From NCBI GenBank assembly GCA_004431415.1, contig QPMI01000046.1, positions 89,815 to 153,814 of the forward strand: a stretch of DNA of 64,000 bases. Direction: 5' to 3'. Origin of the DNA: Cyanophora paradoxa CCMP329 (Eukaryota > Plantae > Glaucophyta). Made by a program: the position numbers and the translations under genes. Every line of letters starts with the position of its first letter. Position 1 is the stretch's first letter. Below, one piece after another: positions 23,689 through 36,480 of this stretch. Under the pieces are notes generated by a model. It did no database searches. It was not told the DNA's origin and saw only the letters and a list, made by a program, of their open reading frames with translations.

Positions 23689-24798
23689 CTAGTGCCCGGG
23701 GCGCTCCGCCGGTTCTTCTCCTGCGCGGCGGCGCTGAAGCGGAGCTCGCCGTAGGCGCGGCCCGGGCGGAGGAGGCCGATCGGGCCAGGCCGCGAAGAGC
23801 GAAGCCTCGCACCCCCGTCCCCGGCCGGCCCCGCCAGCGCCTCACGGCGCTGCGCGGGCATCGCAGGCGGAGGCCGGGCGCCTGCGGGGCGCGGCGGCGG
23901 CGGCGGCGCCGAGCTCGAGGCCGCAGCGCGGAGGAGGGCCGGGGCCAATGTCGCCCCGGCCGCCTTGACAGCCGCCGCCGCCTCCTCCGCGGCCGGCGCC
24001 GCCGCGCGCCCCGCTCGGCTCGGCAGCGGAGGCCCGGCGGCCTGTGCCGGCGGTGCTGGGGCGGCCGCCGGGCCGCCGGCCGCGAGGGCCCCCGGTACCG
24101 GTCGATGCCCGGCGCGGCATCCAAGAGACCCAAAGGGCGGGAGTCGGGGGGCGGGAGTCGGGGCGAGGGGGATGCCCTAGCCTCCGGCCGCCGGGGCTGC
24201 CCCCGGGCCCCCTGGCCGCCGGGCCTGCGCCCAGAGACCTGGCAGGCTGATGAGAAGGTCATCTTTGATCCAAGCGCTTCAGGCCCATACAAACGGCCGC
24301 CGCGGTGTGCACCATCGGATTCGCCGCTCTCTCAAAGGGCGGGCAAAGTCCAACGGAGTCCTGAGCTCGAGGCGAAGGTCCGGTCCGGAGGGGCAGGGGG
24401 GTACGGGTATCTTGGACGCACCCCCACGACGTGCCGCACACCGTTCGATCGGGGATGACAAGGAGATTGCAGATCGGGGTGCCGGCGCCTCGAGCTCTGA
24501 GGGGGGCCGGGAAGAATCAACTTTCGGCCGACCACGTAGGCTTATAAAGGGCTTCAATACGAGTCAAATGAGCATAATCTCCGGCCCTGCGGAGCTCGAG
24601 GGGCGAAACGCAGGCCAGTAGCGACAGGCCTAGGGAAGGCAGACGATGGGGCTGAATATTATTAATCAAGCTTAAGCGGGAGAGGCAAAATTAGAAAATT
24701 AGCGGGAGAGGCAAGAGAAGGGTACACACGAGGAACGTTAACGTCACCATACACAAAATACTCGTTGCCAAAAACTATATATATATATATATATACGA
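23689..24798 (-). mobile_element. Non-autonomous canonical Helitron-like element C (about 1.1 kb)
   Basis: Minus strand reads A|TCGTATATATA... at 24798 and ...CCGGCGGAGCGCCCCGG-GCACTAG|T at 23689: TC/CTAG ends, subterminal hairpin, A|T target. Confidence 0.55.
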
Positions 24799-24806
24799 TC
24801 TGACGG

Positions 24807-26356
24807 TCATTATTGCAAGGGGGGAAAGAAGACCGAAGGTCTTCCCCCCTTGCTTCCCGTTCCCTCGCTTCAGCCAAAAGTTTTCTATGAGGCCGTTTGC
24901 GAGGTCCAGTATGCAACACGTGCACCAGAAAAAAATGGTGCTTTATTCGCGTTCCGATTGGCTGGGTGAACCGGTCAGCCCTCGACTTTGGAGCGTCAAA
25001 CTCGAGGGGAAAAAGTGGTTTTCGAGGGGAAAACCAGCTTCTGTCTCACGTGCACTCCTCTAGGCTCTAGCTACTGTATAGATCTGGGCTCTCCGGGCTT
25101 CTCCCTCGCGCGGCGCGGCGCTGCATCATAGCAACCAATTTTCCTTAGCTGTCTCCTCTAGTGTTAAAAATTCCCCTTCCTCGCACTGCGCCGCGTACGC
25201 CGCACGGTCCGCTTGCGCTGTTGCCTAGCTACGTATCGGCCTTGGGGAAAGGAGAGGCCCTTAGGTCTGTGCCTATCTTGTGTCAAACTTCAACTTGATT
25301 TTATAGACAAAATTTTTGGACCTAGGTACCCATTTTCGACCCTAGGGAGCACGATGGCGGCGCTACTTTTCAAATGTGACACCTCTAACAAGCACTAACA
25401 GCACGTACGAACGAAATTGTTCGCGTGAAGCCCGATCGCCATTGGCCAAAAAGCTCAATCGCCCCATTCACGGACAAGCGCAAATATCATTGGCTTCCAG
25501 CTTGCTTCCCCTTCGCCGATGGAAATTGCAAAAAGCCTCTGTACCCGGCTGGTAGGCTGGAGTCACCGCGGCCGTGCACGTGACCGAGCCGCGCGCGTCA
25601 CGCGTCGCTTCGCTCAGCTCAGAGTCACTGCAGCTGATATCGATATACGCGTACGATCGACTCGGTACGAGACCGCCACGCGCGCGGCGCGCGCGGCGTG
25701 GCGCAGTGGCGCACCGTGGCGCCGGCACGAATCGCTGGCGCTAGCTAGACCAAGCTACTAGGCTAGAAGCTACTAGGCTACTAGGCGGCGTACAGCCGCG
25801 TACTACGGTAGTCCTCTCCGGGCTCAACAGCTGCAGCAGTAAATATATATACTAGTAATAACCGCGCGCGGTTGCGGGCCCCCGTACGCGTTCTAAAAAC
25901 AAAGAGCGGCCACCCTCACGCCTTGAGTCCCCAAGACCCAAGGCCACTCCTGCTCCGCAGGGACTCGCTTGTATATATACGCCGCTGATCGCAGCCGAGC
26001 ACTGCGGCACGCCCGGTCAGCACGCGGCCGACATCGAGCTGATACGTATATACCGCAGAACCGCGTGCGCGTGCCCGCAGCCGAGTACGCCGGCCGGGCC
26101 GGGCGCGCGCGCAGTCGTGCTGCGCGTGGATGCGCAGCCAAGATTGAGTTTGCACCGCAAAACCGCTTGCGCCGCTGCCAAGCTGCGCCGCTGATCACAG
26201 CCGAGCTTGGCCGGCTGCCGGGGCGTGCAGACCGCTGGGCCGGGGTCGATCTAGATCTGCCCCGTGCATGTTCGTCCCACTACGACTCTTTCATTAGATC
26301 CCGGTTCGAATTCCCCCCTTGCACCCCCGGCGCGCCAAACGCGGCCGGGCCACTAG
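24807..26356 (+). mobile_element. Element B: non-coding, internally deleted relative of element A (HINE-like)
   Basis: 24809-24975 matches 19524-19690 and 26234-26357 matches 23408-23526; same subTIRs, hairpins and CTAG end; no cargo ORF. Confidence 0.8.
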
Positions 26357-26882
26357 TACTATGATACGGCAATTTAAAACATCGGCTAAAATTAAAATGC
26401 AATCCTACAGTTCTGGGCCAGTTAACATTAACGTTGGGGGCCTAGTTCGAACCCACTGCCAGGCTGGGCCGAGGGGCCGGGCCAGATCTAGACCCGGCGG
26501 CCGCCGGGGGGCCCGAGCCTCATGATCATACGCGGGGCCGAGGTGTCTGGCACAGCCTGGCCCAGTGGCAGTGGGCGATCTGATCATCATCATGACATCA
26601 TGATCACCGTGGCATCTGGCATGCATATGGCTCCCCCGGGCCGTGCACGTAGCCCCGCGGGACCGGGGGCCTCGGGCCTGGCCCTCTAGATCTGGCCCAG
26701 TACTAGTGGGCCCGAGTTTGGCCGTGGCACATCCACCGCGGCGCTTATCGAACAGCCAACATTAATATTTGAATCCACACATATGCATCACCAACAAGCT
26801 CTCTAAATTTTAGACTCCGAAGTCTGGAGTCTGGCTGGACTCTGGACTCTGGATGCCGGAGCCCCAGATCGGGAGGCTACGG

Positions 26883-29800
26883 CTAGCGGCTGCGGAAGAA
26901 CTGGGGCACAGCGGTGCCGGTGGAGGTGCGGTGCGCGCCCTGCGGGCCGGCCGAGTGGCTGCCCCGCGCAGCCTGCTCCTTAAGCCACTTGCGCAGCTCC
27001 TCGAAGACCCCCTCGTACGGCGGGTAGTACACGTATCTGCCGCCCGCGCGCGTCAGCGGGGGTGGCAGGGGGCCGGCGGGGGGCGCGGCACGGCATTACC
27101 CGCGGTCAGGGATGACGGAGGGATCGATGTACGGGGCCGGGCCCCGGTTCGAGTAGTCCGGGCTCTGAGACTGCCCGTACCCCTGCTGCTGCTGCTGCTG
27201 GGCGTACGATTCGTACCCCGGCTGCTGCTGCTGCTGCTGCCGGCCGTAGGATTCGTACCCCTGCTGCTGGCCGTACGAATCGCCGTACCCCTGCGCCTGC
27301 TGCTGCTGCTGCTGCTGCTGGCCGTAGCCGGCGTCGCTCTCGACGTAGCGGCTGGTGGCGGTGTCGGGGTCGAAGTAGTACCACTTGCCCACCGCGGCGT
27401 CCCAGTGGTACGCCCGCCCGTCGTTCGGCGGCGGCGGCGGCTGCTGCTGCGCCGCCGGCTGCGGCGGCTGCGGCGGCTGCGGCGCCGACCGCATCGCCGG
27501 CGCCCCGGGCGGCGCCGAGCGCATCTGGGGCGCCCCGGGGCGGGGCGCGCGGGGCGCCGGGCGGGGAGCGCGGGCGCCCATGGGGCCATCGGAGCCGGGG
27601 CAGCGTAGGCCGAGGCCGGCGGGGCGGCGAGGACCTCCCAGCGGACGCGGATGTGCGACTGGCGCCTCTGCAGCTCCTGCATCGACACCTGCGGGCCGGG
27701 AGGGTCGGGCTCCCGCCCCACGCCCCGGAGCGGGCGGGCGGGCGGGCGGGGGCACCTCGCCGGTGTCGCTGGTGCTGAGGGGGTGGACGGCCTCGAGGGC
27801 CGGGGGCGCCCCGGGCCCCGCGCGCGCCTCGGAGAGCGGCAGCGCCGCCTCCCCCAGGTAGTCCTTCCCGATCAGGTCCTTGTCGAAGACCTGCGCGCGG
27901 CGCGGCGGGGCAGGGCGGGGCGCGGCGAGGTGAGCGCGGGGCGGGGCAAGGCAGGGCGGAGGAGCGGGGCGGGCCTTGACGAGGACGACGTCCGAGGGGT
28001 CGTGGCCGCCCCGTGCCACTGCGCGGAGGGTGTGTGTGGGGGCGCCGGGGCGGCGCTCGGGGCGGGCGGGGCCGGACCCTGGAACTCGACGCGGTAGTTC
28101 CAGACGGGGTCCAGGCTGTTCGAGACCGCCGGGCTCGTCCCCACCTCCCTCCCGTTGTACGTCACCTGCCCCCGCGGTCAGCGCGGGGCGGGAGGCGGGG
28201 TCCGGGGCCCGGGGCGCGCGCGGGCGCGGTCGCTCGCCTGGACGAAGGGGTCGCTCTTGCCGTTGAGGTCGCGCGGGACGAGCCCGTGGCCCGAGAGGAT
28301 CGTCAGCGCCACCGTCTCTCCGGCGCCCACCAGCCGCCCCGGCGCCTCCGCCGCCGGCGGCGGCGGCGGCTTCCACTGCGGCAGCCGCTGCGGCTGCGCC
28401 GGCGGCGGCGGCGGAGGCTGGTACCGCGGCTGCGGCGGCGGCGCCGGCGGCGACGGCTGCTGGTAGGCCGGCGGCGGCGGCGGCGGCGCCTGGCGCTGCT
28501 GGTAGGCGGGCGCCGGGGAGGGCTGCTGATAGGCCGGCGGCGGCGCGGGGGCCGGGTGCGGGGAGCGCGTCATGGACGGGGGCGGGCCGCCGAGGCGGGG
28601 GAGGGTGGTCCCGTACGGGGGCGGCGGCGGGGGCGGGCCCGGCGGCCGCAGGTGGTACGGGGGCGGCTGCGGCGTGGGGCCGGGGCCGTAGGCGCCGCCG
28701 TAGGGGTCCGGGCCCGGCGGGGGCGGCGGGCCGCCCTCCCACGTCTGCCGGAAGCCGCCGGCGGGAGGCGGCGAGAGCGCGCGGGCGGCCGGCGGCGGCG
28801 CCGCGAAGGAGCTGATGTTGACCGGCATCGCCCGGTGCTGCTGGGGCGGCGGCGGCGGCGTCTGCTGCGGCTGCTGGTAGTACGCGTCGGCGTACCCCTG
28901 CTGCTGCTGGCCGTAGTAGTCGTAGCCCTGCTGGTCGTAGTACTGCGGCTGCGGCTGCGGCGGCGGAGCGGCGCTGGCGGCGTCGGGGCCGCGTAGGCGG
29001 AGCGCTGGCGCGGCGGCGGCGGCTGGTACTGGACGGGCGGCGGCGGCGGCGGCGCGCGCGGCGGCGAGGCCCGCGGCGGGAGCGGCGCCGGCGCCGCAGG
29101 CGGCGGCTGCCCGTACGCATCGTCGCCGTAGTAGGATCCGGGCCCGAGCTGCGGCTACGCGCGCCCCGCCCGCCGCGGCGCGCGCGGTAGCGGTCGCGCT
29201 GCGGGCGCCGCAGCGTCAGCGGGGGCAGCGGAGGAAGGGGCCCCGGGGGGCGGGGCGGGGCGGGGCGGGGCGGGGCGCGCCTCCTCGTCGCTGTACTCGT
29301 CCGAGAAGACATCTTCGGTGTAGTCGTCGGGGATGCGGCCCCGCGAGCGCGGCCGCAGCCGCCCCGCGCTCCGCCGCCCCTCCTGCCGCCCCGCCCCGCT
29401 CAGCCAGACCGGGGCGCGGGGGGGGGGGGGGGGGGGAGGGGGTACCTGGAGCTCGGCGAGGCGGAGCTCGAGGCGGATGACGTGCTCGAGGAGGGCGCGC
29501 TCGAAGGTCGAGCCGGGGCCCCCGCGCCGTGCACGTTCACGTTGATCCCTCCGCCACCTGCCCGCCCCGCTCGCCCGCCCGCACGCCCGCCCGCACGCGC
29601 GCGCGCGCGCGCTCTCGCGCACCTCGCGGCGGCTGCGCGTGTCGAAGTCGCGGTCGCGGTCGCCGTAGCGGGAGCCCGTCTCCTCGTCCCCGCGCAGCGA
29701 GCGCCGGCTGCTCGCGCCCGCAGTGCCGGCGAGCGCGAGCGCGGCGGCGACCCCGCGTCCCGCAGCCGCCGGTCCGCCAGCGCCGACGCCGCCTCCCGCC

Positions 29801-32800
29801 GCTCGCGCTCCCGCTGCCGGCGCGGCGCGGCGCGTCAGCGGCGCCGGCCTGCGGCTCCGGCGGCGGCGCCTGCGGACCTCGCGGTAGCGCTCTTCGAGGG
29901 CGCGGTCGGCGCGGTCGCGGTCGCTCAGGGCGCTGATGGGCGACGCGAAGCCCGAGCGGGCGCCCCCGCGGCGCCGCTCCTCCTCCTCGTCCTCGCTGCT
30001 GTCGCCCCCGCCGAAGAGGCCGGTGAAGAAGCCGCGGAAGCCCGGCTGCTGCAGCTGCTGCTCGGGGCGCGGCGAGCGGGCCCCGCGCAGCTCCAGCGGC
30101 TCCGGGTCCACCAGCTGCCCGCTCTGCGCACGCGCCGGCGCCGCGTCGTCGGCCCGGCCGGCGGGGCGGACGCGGGGCGGGGGCGCACGGCGGGGCCGTG
30201 CGGGTGGTGGATTGGGGCCGGCGCGAGGCCGGTCGCCATGGAGGCGGCGAGCTTGGCCGCCAGGTCCGTCGCCCGCTGCGCCCCGCCCCGTCAGAGCGTG
30301 GCGGGCCGAAGGTGCGAGCGGGGCGGGGGGCGCCTGGTGGAACGAGGGGTCGTCCAGGGGCGTGAAGCCGTAGCAGAGGGAGCTGGAGAGGAGGGCCTTG
30401 GTCTCGGCGTCCGGCGGGGGCACCTGCAGCCGGCCGGCGCCGGCGCAGCACCCGCGCGTCAGCCTCGAGAAGCCTCGGGGGCGGCTCGGCGTGGAGGGCG
30501 GGGGCGGGGGCGGGCCTGCTCGCGGAGGGCGAAGAAGACGGGGATGTCGCGGATGAGGGCGATCTCGAGGTCGCGCCGGCACGCCGCCGAGCGCAGCGAC
30601 GGGCCCGACACCACGAAGACCATCCCCCGCGCCGACTTGATCCGCTGCCGCCGGCGTCAGAGGGGCCCAGGGGGGCGGGGCGGGGCGGGGCGGGGCGGGG
30701 CGGGCCTGCTCGACGTCGGCCTTCTCGCGGCCGCGGGGCTCGCGGACCTCGTCGAGCCAGCAGGGGACCTTCCGCGCGAGCAGCGCGTCCCGCAGCCGCA
30801 CCGCGAAGTCACGCAGCTCCGGCGGGTGCGCCGGCGCCACCACCACCGCCTGCTCCCCCCGCTCGGGCCGGCGCGTGGGAGGGGGAGGGCGGCCGCGCGG
30901 GCGCGCGGAAGGGCACCTCGCCGACGGGCTTGAGGGCGGGGCCGAGGCCCTCGGCGACGGCGCCCGGGCCGGCGCCAGCGAGCGCCCGCTGTACGCCCCC
31001 TCGTCGCGCCCGTCCAGCGCGAACTTGCTGCGCCGGCGTCGGCCCCGGCCCCTCGGGCCCCGCCCCCGCGCGGGTGCACCGGAAGGACTCCTTGTTGGCG
31101 TCGCGGGCGGCGGCCTGCTCGCGGGCGAGGCGCAGCTGCTCGCGCTCCCGCTCCAGGCGCTCCGCGGCGAGCGCCGCCTCCTCCTCCAGCCGCTGCTCCT
31201 CGACCGGCGGCAGCGCGGAGCGCCCGAAGCTGGCGCGCGGGCGCGCCGGGGACTGCTCGGGCGCGGGGCGAGCCCGCTGAAGAGGCCGTCGCGGGGGTCC
31301 GCGAGGTCCACGGGGGCCTTCCCGTCCCGGTTCCGCACCGTCACGCTGCCCCGCCCCCGCCCCCGCCCGCGTCAGCCGGCCCCGCCCGCCTCGCGGCGCC
31401 GGCGCGAGGCGCACGAGGCGCCGGCGTCGAGGAGGAGCTTGACGACGTGGTTCTGGCGGAACTGCACGGCGCTGTGCAGCGGCGTGTTCCCCTGCAGGTC
31501 CTGCGCGTTCACCTCCGCGTTCCGCGCCACCAGCTGCGCCCCATCAGACTCGGCGCGGGGCGGGGCGGGGCGGGGCGGGGGGGCGGGCCTTCTGGACGAT
31601 GGCGGGGTGTCCGGCCTTGGCGGCGTAGTGGAGCGGGGACTGCCCCGTGCGCTCGTTGGCGTGGCAGAGCGACTCGTGGTCGAGGCGGTCGATGAGGAAC
31701 GAGGCGATCTCGCCGTGGCCCATCCGGATCGCCACGTCCAGCGCCGTGTCCGTCGCCGCGTCCTGCGCGCGGAAGCTTAGCACGCCCGCCCGCGGCTGGG
31801 CCGAGGGGCTTCCGGGGCGGCCGGCCGGCCCGACGGACCTCGCGGGAGAGGACGCAGCCGAGGTCGGCGAGGCCGCGGACGAGCTCGAGCGAGCCCGTGC
31901 GGACCGCCAGGTGCAGCAGCGGGTTCCCGTCCAGGTCCATCACCCCCGCCTGCCCCGAGGAGGCCGCGTGGGCCGGGGAGGGGGGGTGGGGGAAGGGAAG
32001 GAGAGGGGGGTACGCGCCTTCATGGAGACGAGGGCGGGGAGGGCGCCGGGGAAGCCGACGTCGGCGACGTCCTGCAGGAAGCGGACCATGCCCTCCGACG
32101 AGAGGCGCGCGCCGCGGCGCACGTCCCGCAGCACCGCGTGCAGCTGCAGCAGCGCCTCCAACTCCCACGCCAGGCCCTCCAGCGTCGCCCCCCGCGGCCC
32201 GGCCGGCGGCGGCGCGATGGCGCCCGTCGCCCCGGGGCCGCCGTAGCCGCGGCCGGCGGTGCGCGGGTTGGGCGGGATCAGGTCCAGCTTGACGCAGGCC
32301 GTGTTGGTCCGCAGCGCGTCGACGACGGCGCGGACCGCCTTGCGGCCGAAGGCGTTCCCGCGCAGCATCAGCGCGTTGATCGCCTGGTTGGCACGAAGCA
32401 TCTCCGCCAGCGCCCGCGTCCCTGCCCGGCGGCTCGGCTCGGCGGGGGCGGGGCGGCGGGGGCGGCGGCGGCGCACCGCTCGGGCCCTTGGCGCCGATGA
32501 AGTTGTAGGACATGTCGAGGATGGTCAGCGTCGTGTTGGTGCGCAGGGCGTCTGCGATCACGCGCGTCTCCTCGTCGTGGATCTGCCGGCGCGGTCGGCG
32601 GCGGCGGCCGAGGCGGCGGGGCGGGCCAGCGCACCGGCGCCGGGCCGTCGTACTCCTCGCGGTCCATCGCGAGCCACTCCGACTCGGCCAGGGCGAGCTC
32701 GCTCTTGTGCCCGCCCTGCTTCCAGTCGCGCAGGCCGAACGACGACGACTGCCGGAGCCTCAGCGGTGCGGCGCAAGGTCAGCGGCGGGGGTCTGTCGGA

Positions 32801-33543
32801 CCAGGTTCAGAGAGGTGATCGAACGGTTGTTGCGCAGCACGTCGGCGAGCGCGGAGGCGGCGGTGAAGCAGCTGCGCGGAGGGCGCGAGGACACGTAAAG
32901 GAAAGAAAAGGAAGTGGTTGCGGGAAGAGGTCGCACATGCAGTTGCTCGACAGGTCGAGCACCTGGAGCGTCGAGTTCATCTGCATGCCGCGGGCGAACT
33001 CCAGGACCTGCCAGCCCGCGGGGTCGGCTGCGCACGGAGCTTCGAACACGCGGGTCGGAGGGCTCACGGGCTTGTCGTAGAGCAGGTTGGGCTGTTCGTG
33101 GAGCTTCACATAGAATTCGTTTTCGATGGGGCGACCGTCGGGACCCGCGTCGGGCTGCTTGGCTTGAAGCTCAGGCTGCTTGAAGATTAGCTGGGGCGGC
33201 GAGGGTGAGGCCGCGACTCTCACCATGCCGAATGCGCCCGAAAGATCGAGGAGCTTCACATTTCTGTTCGCCGAAAGAGCTGAGGGGCGGGGCCGTTAGC
33301 CGGCGGTCAGGGCCAAGCAGGCGGGCCGCTCGAACCTGCGCCGAGGCGCTTCCCAATCTCCGGGTCGCAGCTGCCGCGGGCGAGGCGGAGCGACTGGAGC
33401 GGCCCGTTTCGGGCGAGGTCCTCGGCGAGGCGGAGAAGTGCGTTTCTGTCGGGCGGCGACCGAGACAGGTCTAGCTCTGTCGGCTGCTCGAGGCCGATGG
33501 TCTGCGGGACCCCGCTGGCCCCGCCATACCACGCCGGCGGCAT
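26883..33543 (-). CDS. Large multi-exon LRR (RI-like) - ankyrin - TIR - Pro-rich - C2 - OCRE/WW-like protein
   Basis: LRRs NSTLQVLDLSSN and LRTNTTLTILDMSYNFIGAKG; ankyrins GNPLLHLAVRTGSLELVRGL, GQSPLHYAAKAGH and GNTPLHSAV; TIR RKVPCWLDE..IKSARGMVFVVSGPSLRSAACRRDLEIAL; C2 GHGLVPRDLNGKSDPFVQ..VFDKDLIGKDYLGEA; YHWDAAVGKWYYFDP; ends FFRSR*. Continuity across 28.8-29.6 kb is less certain. Confidence 0.75.
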
Positions 33544-33633
33544 CGCTGAGCCGAGAGGCGTCGAATCAAGTGGCGTACCCCAAAACCGAGTGACCAAGCC
33601 ACAGCGAATACAGCCCGCGGCCTGAGCGAATAC
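33544..33633. promoter_or_regulatory. Putative bidirectional promoter (90 bp between divergent ATGs)
   Basis: ATG at 33543 (minus) and ATG at 33634 (plus). Confidence 0.5.
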
Positions 33634-35950
33634 ATGGACGCAACCGAGACCGCAACCGCGCTCGCTCGGCGGGCGCTCGAGCTCGAAGACTCCGACCCCG
33701 CCGAGGCGTCCGCTCTCTACGCGCAGGCGTCCTCGTACGCCGTGCGTGCCGCGGGTATGGAGCCTTCGCAGGATTGTCAGGCGCTCCTCGCCATCGCCAG
33801 CGACTCGTTCCGCGCACGCTCGGGCGTCGTCCGCGAGCGCGCCGCCGCCGCCGCCAGCCCGCAGCCGCAGGACGGCGCCCTATCGGGTCGCCCACAGGCA
33901 CCCGCACAGCAGCCCCTGAGCGCCGAGCTGCCGCCTCTGAGCGGGGAAGAGGCCGAGGTGCGCTCCACTCTCTCTTTGCGCGCGCATTTCGCACGATTGA
34001 TGCTCACGACGTCGCAGATGGCCGAGGGGCTGCTCGCGAGCGTCCTCGAGCGGTCGGCAGAGCGCTCGCTCGAGGAGCGCCGCCCTCTCTTCTCGATCGC
34101 CCTCGCCCACGCGTGCGCGTCGCAGACGCCCGACGACGCGCTGGGGGGACGTCGCCGGCGCCTCCGAGGCGAAGGCGGCCCTGCACGAGAGCGTCATCCT
34201 CCCCGCGCTCATGCGTGCGCCCTCGCTTCTTAATTTTCGCCGCCCGCTTCTCATTCGATGTCCTCCGCCTCTCTGACGGACGCATCGCCGGCCCCCGGCG
34301 GCCGCAGCGCACCTCTTCCGCGGCGTCCGCCAGCCGTGGCTCGGCGTGCTGATGCACGGGCCGCCGGGCACCGGCAAGACGCAGCTCGCGCGGTGCGGCG
34401 CGCCCCCTCGCCGCCGCCTCTGCGCCCGCGGAGGAGTGGCCCCGCGCAGGGCGACGGCCGCCGAGTCCGGCGCCTCCTTCTTCGCGATCGGGCCCTCCGT
34501 TCTCATGTCCAAGTGGTGCGGAATCGCACCTCTCTTTAAGGCTTCCCGGCGCCCGAGGCCGACCTCCCCCGCGCGCAGGGCGGGGCAGAGCGAGCGGTGC
34601 GCCCCGAGCGGCTGCTCGCCGCTCAGCCTCCTCCACCGCCGCGCGCGCGCGCTCGCGCAGGCTCGTGCGGCTGCTGTTCCGCCTGGCGCGGGAGGAGGCC
34701 CCCTGCGTCGTCTTCTTCGACGCGCGCCCGCCCGCCCGCCGCGGGGCCGCGCAGCCTCCGTTCGAGGAGGGGCTGAGAGCGCGCGCCCGGCGCAGGAGGT
34801 GGACGCGCTGACGGGCTCGCGGGGCCGCGGGGGCGACGGCGACGGGGCCGGGGGCCGGCGCGTGCTCACCGAGCTCCTCATCCAGGCGCCCTCCCCCCGC
34901 CCGCTCGCTCGCTCCTCGAGTGCGCGCTACTCGCCTGCGCCTCAGATGTCGGGGCTGCGGCCGGAGGAGCGGGTGACGATCCTGGGGCCACGAACCGCCT
35001 CGAGGACATCGACCCGCCATCCTCCGGTCCGCCCCGCCCCCGCCCCCTCCCCAGCCCCGCGATCGCCTGATCCCCCCCCCCCCCCCCCCCCCCGTCCTCC
35101 CGGTTTTCCCCGCCCCCGTCGAAGGCGCTTCGAGCGGCGAGTCCTTGTACCCCTCCCGGACCTTTCCGCCCGCGAGGCCATCGTCCGGCGGTGCGCATAC
35201 CCCTCCGCTCTGTGCAGCCACCTATCCCGTCACACTACCGCTCGTACCCTTCCGCAGGCTCCTGGCCGACCTGCCCTGCGACCCTGCGTTCGACGCGCGG
35301 TGCGGGCGGAGTATCATTTTTCAGGACCTGTGCCCCATTTTTCTGAATTTCATAGGTTTGTTGATCTTGTTGCCGTTGGGCAGGGCGCTGGCGACGGCAA
35401 CCGACGGGTATTCTGGTGCTGGTGCTGCCCTCGGAGCCCCCGTGCTTTCTCCCGCTCCAGCAGTCTAACTTGAGCTTGCAATTGTGCCCTTCGCGCTCAG
35501 ATTTGGAGTGCCTCGTCCGGGTACGTATACGTGATCTCTTCATTGCGAGCAACCCGGTGCCTCTTCAGCGTGTGAATCCGATGTGGTACCCGTGCAGGAC
35601 GCTGTGATGGTTCGTCTGCCGAGCCGCATCCCTATGCCTGTCTGTACCCCCGGGCTTTGCTTCACCGTGCACGTAACCCTCCCTGCAGGAGCCCGTCCGC
35701 GAGCTCTCGGCTGCCTTTGCTGGTGCCAGTACCGTTGCGGGGGTATCGCATTCGGCGGCCGAGCCCCGCCCGACCCGTGCTGCCGACTTCGAGGTCCCCC
35801 CCCCCCCCCCCCCCCCCCCGACCCCCCCCGCTCCCCTTCCAATTCTTTCCTACACCCTTAAGCTTACCCACCCCGCGCCGGCTGTGTGTGCGCACGCAGG
35901 CCGCACTGAGGCGAATCAAGCCAGCAGCGCATGCGCAGGCCGCAGCGTGA
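33634..35950 (+). CDS. MIT-domain AAA+ ATPase of the meiotic clade (VPS4/katanin/spastin/fidgetin-like)
   Basis: MIT-like N-terminal helices; Walker A GPPGTGKT; pore loop LMSKWAGQSERLVR; Walker B VVFFDEVD across a GC-AG intron; SRH ATNR...D.AILRRFERRVLVPLPD; GYSGADL; ends ADFEAALRRIKP...*. Confidence 0.9.
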
Positions 35951-36480
35951 CATTCATGTACGGGTGCATGTGTAAAACACTGTATTGGGACTGTTAACGT
36001 TGTCGCGGGCGAATTCGAAATCTGATATAATTAGGCGGCTGCCAGGCCTAGCTATATAGGCTGCAGCCTTTGTTGCCTTAGTAGTTAGACTGGGCCATTG
36101 GCCAATCATTCATGCTGAGACGGGCTGACGTCGTTGCGTAGCTAGTACTTAGTAGCGGGTTGGGTCAGTACCCCCCCGTTGTTCAGTCGTGTACCCAGCT
36201 GCAGAGGGACCAGTCGCATCTTCTGCACGCACGCCGCCCACGTGCACGCGCTCCTGCCGACTCGGCGCCACGCCCGAGCACATGGGGGACCCTCGGGGGA
36301 CCTATCTATAGCTAAGCTATTCTGACCTTATATAATTATATGATATATATGATTCATTCATTCAATTTCATGCCTTCCGTGTTCGAATCGCCCTGCGATG
36401 AGAATCACGCCTTCGAATCCCGCCCGTTCCACATAATTCCGTTCGATCATGCCCCACGGTCCCCACCTTGCCTGTATACG

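Noticed and set aside
19524-26356. LTR or DIRS retrotransposon suggested by direct repeats at 19524 and 24809
   Set aside because: The repeats resolve into two separate elements, each with its own 5' and 3' end; no RT, integrase or tyrosine recombinase motifs.
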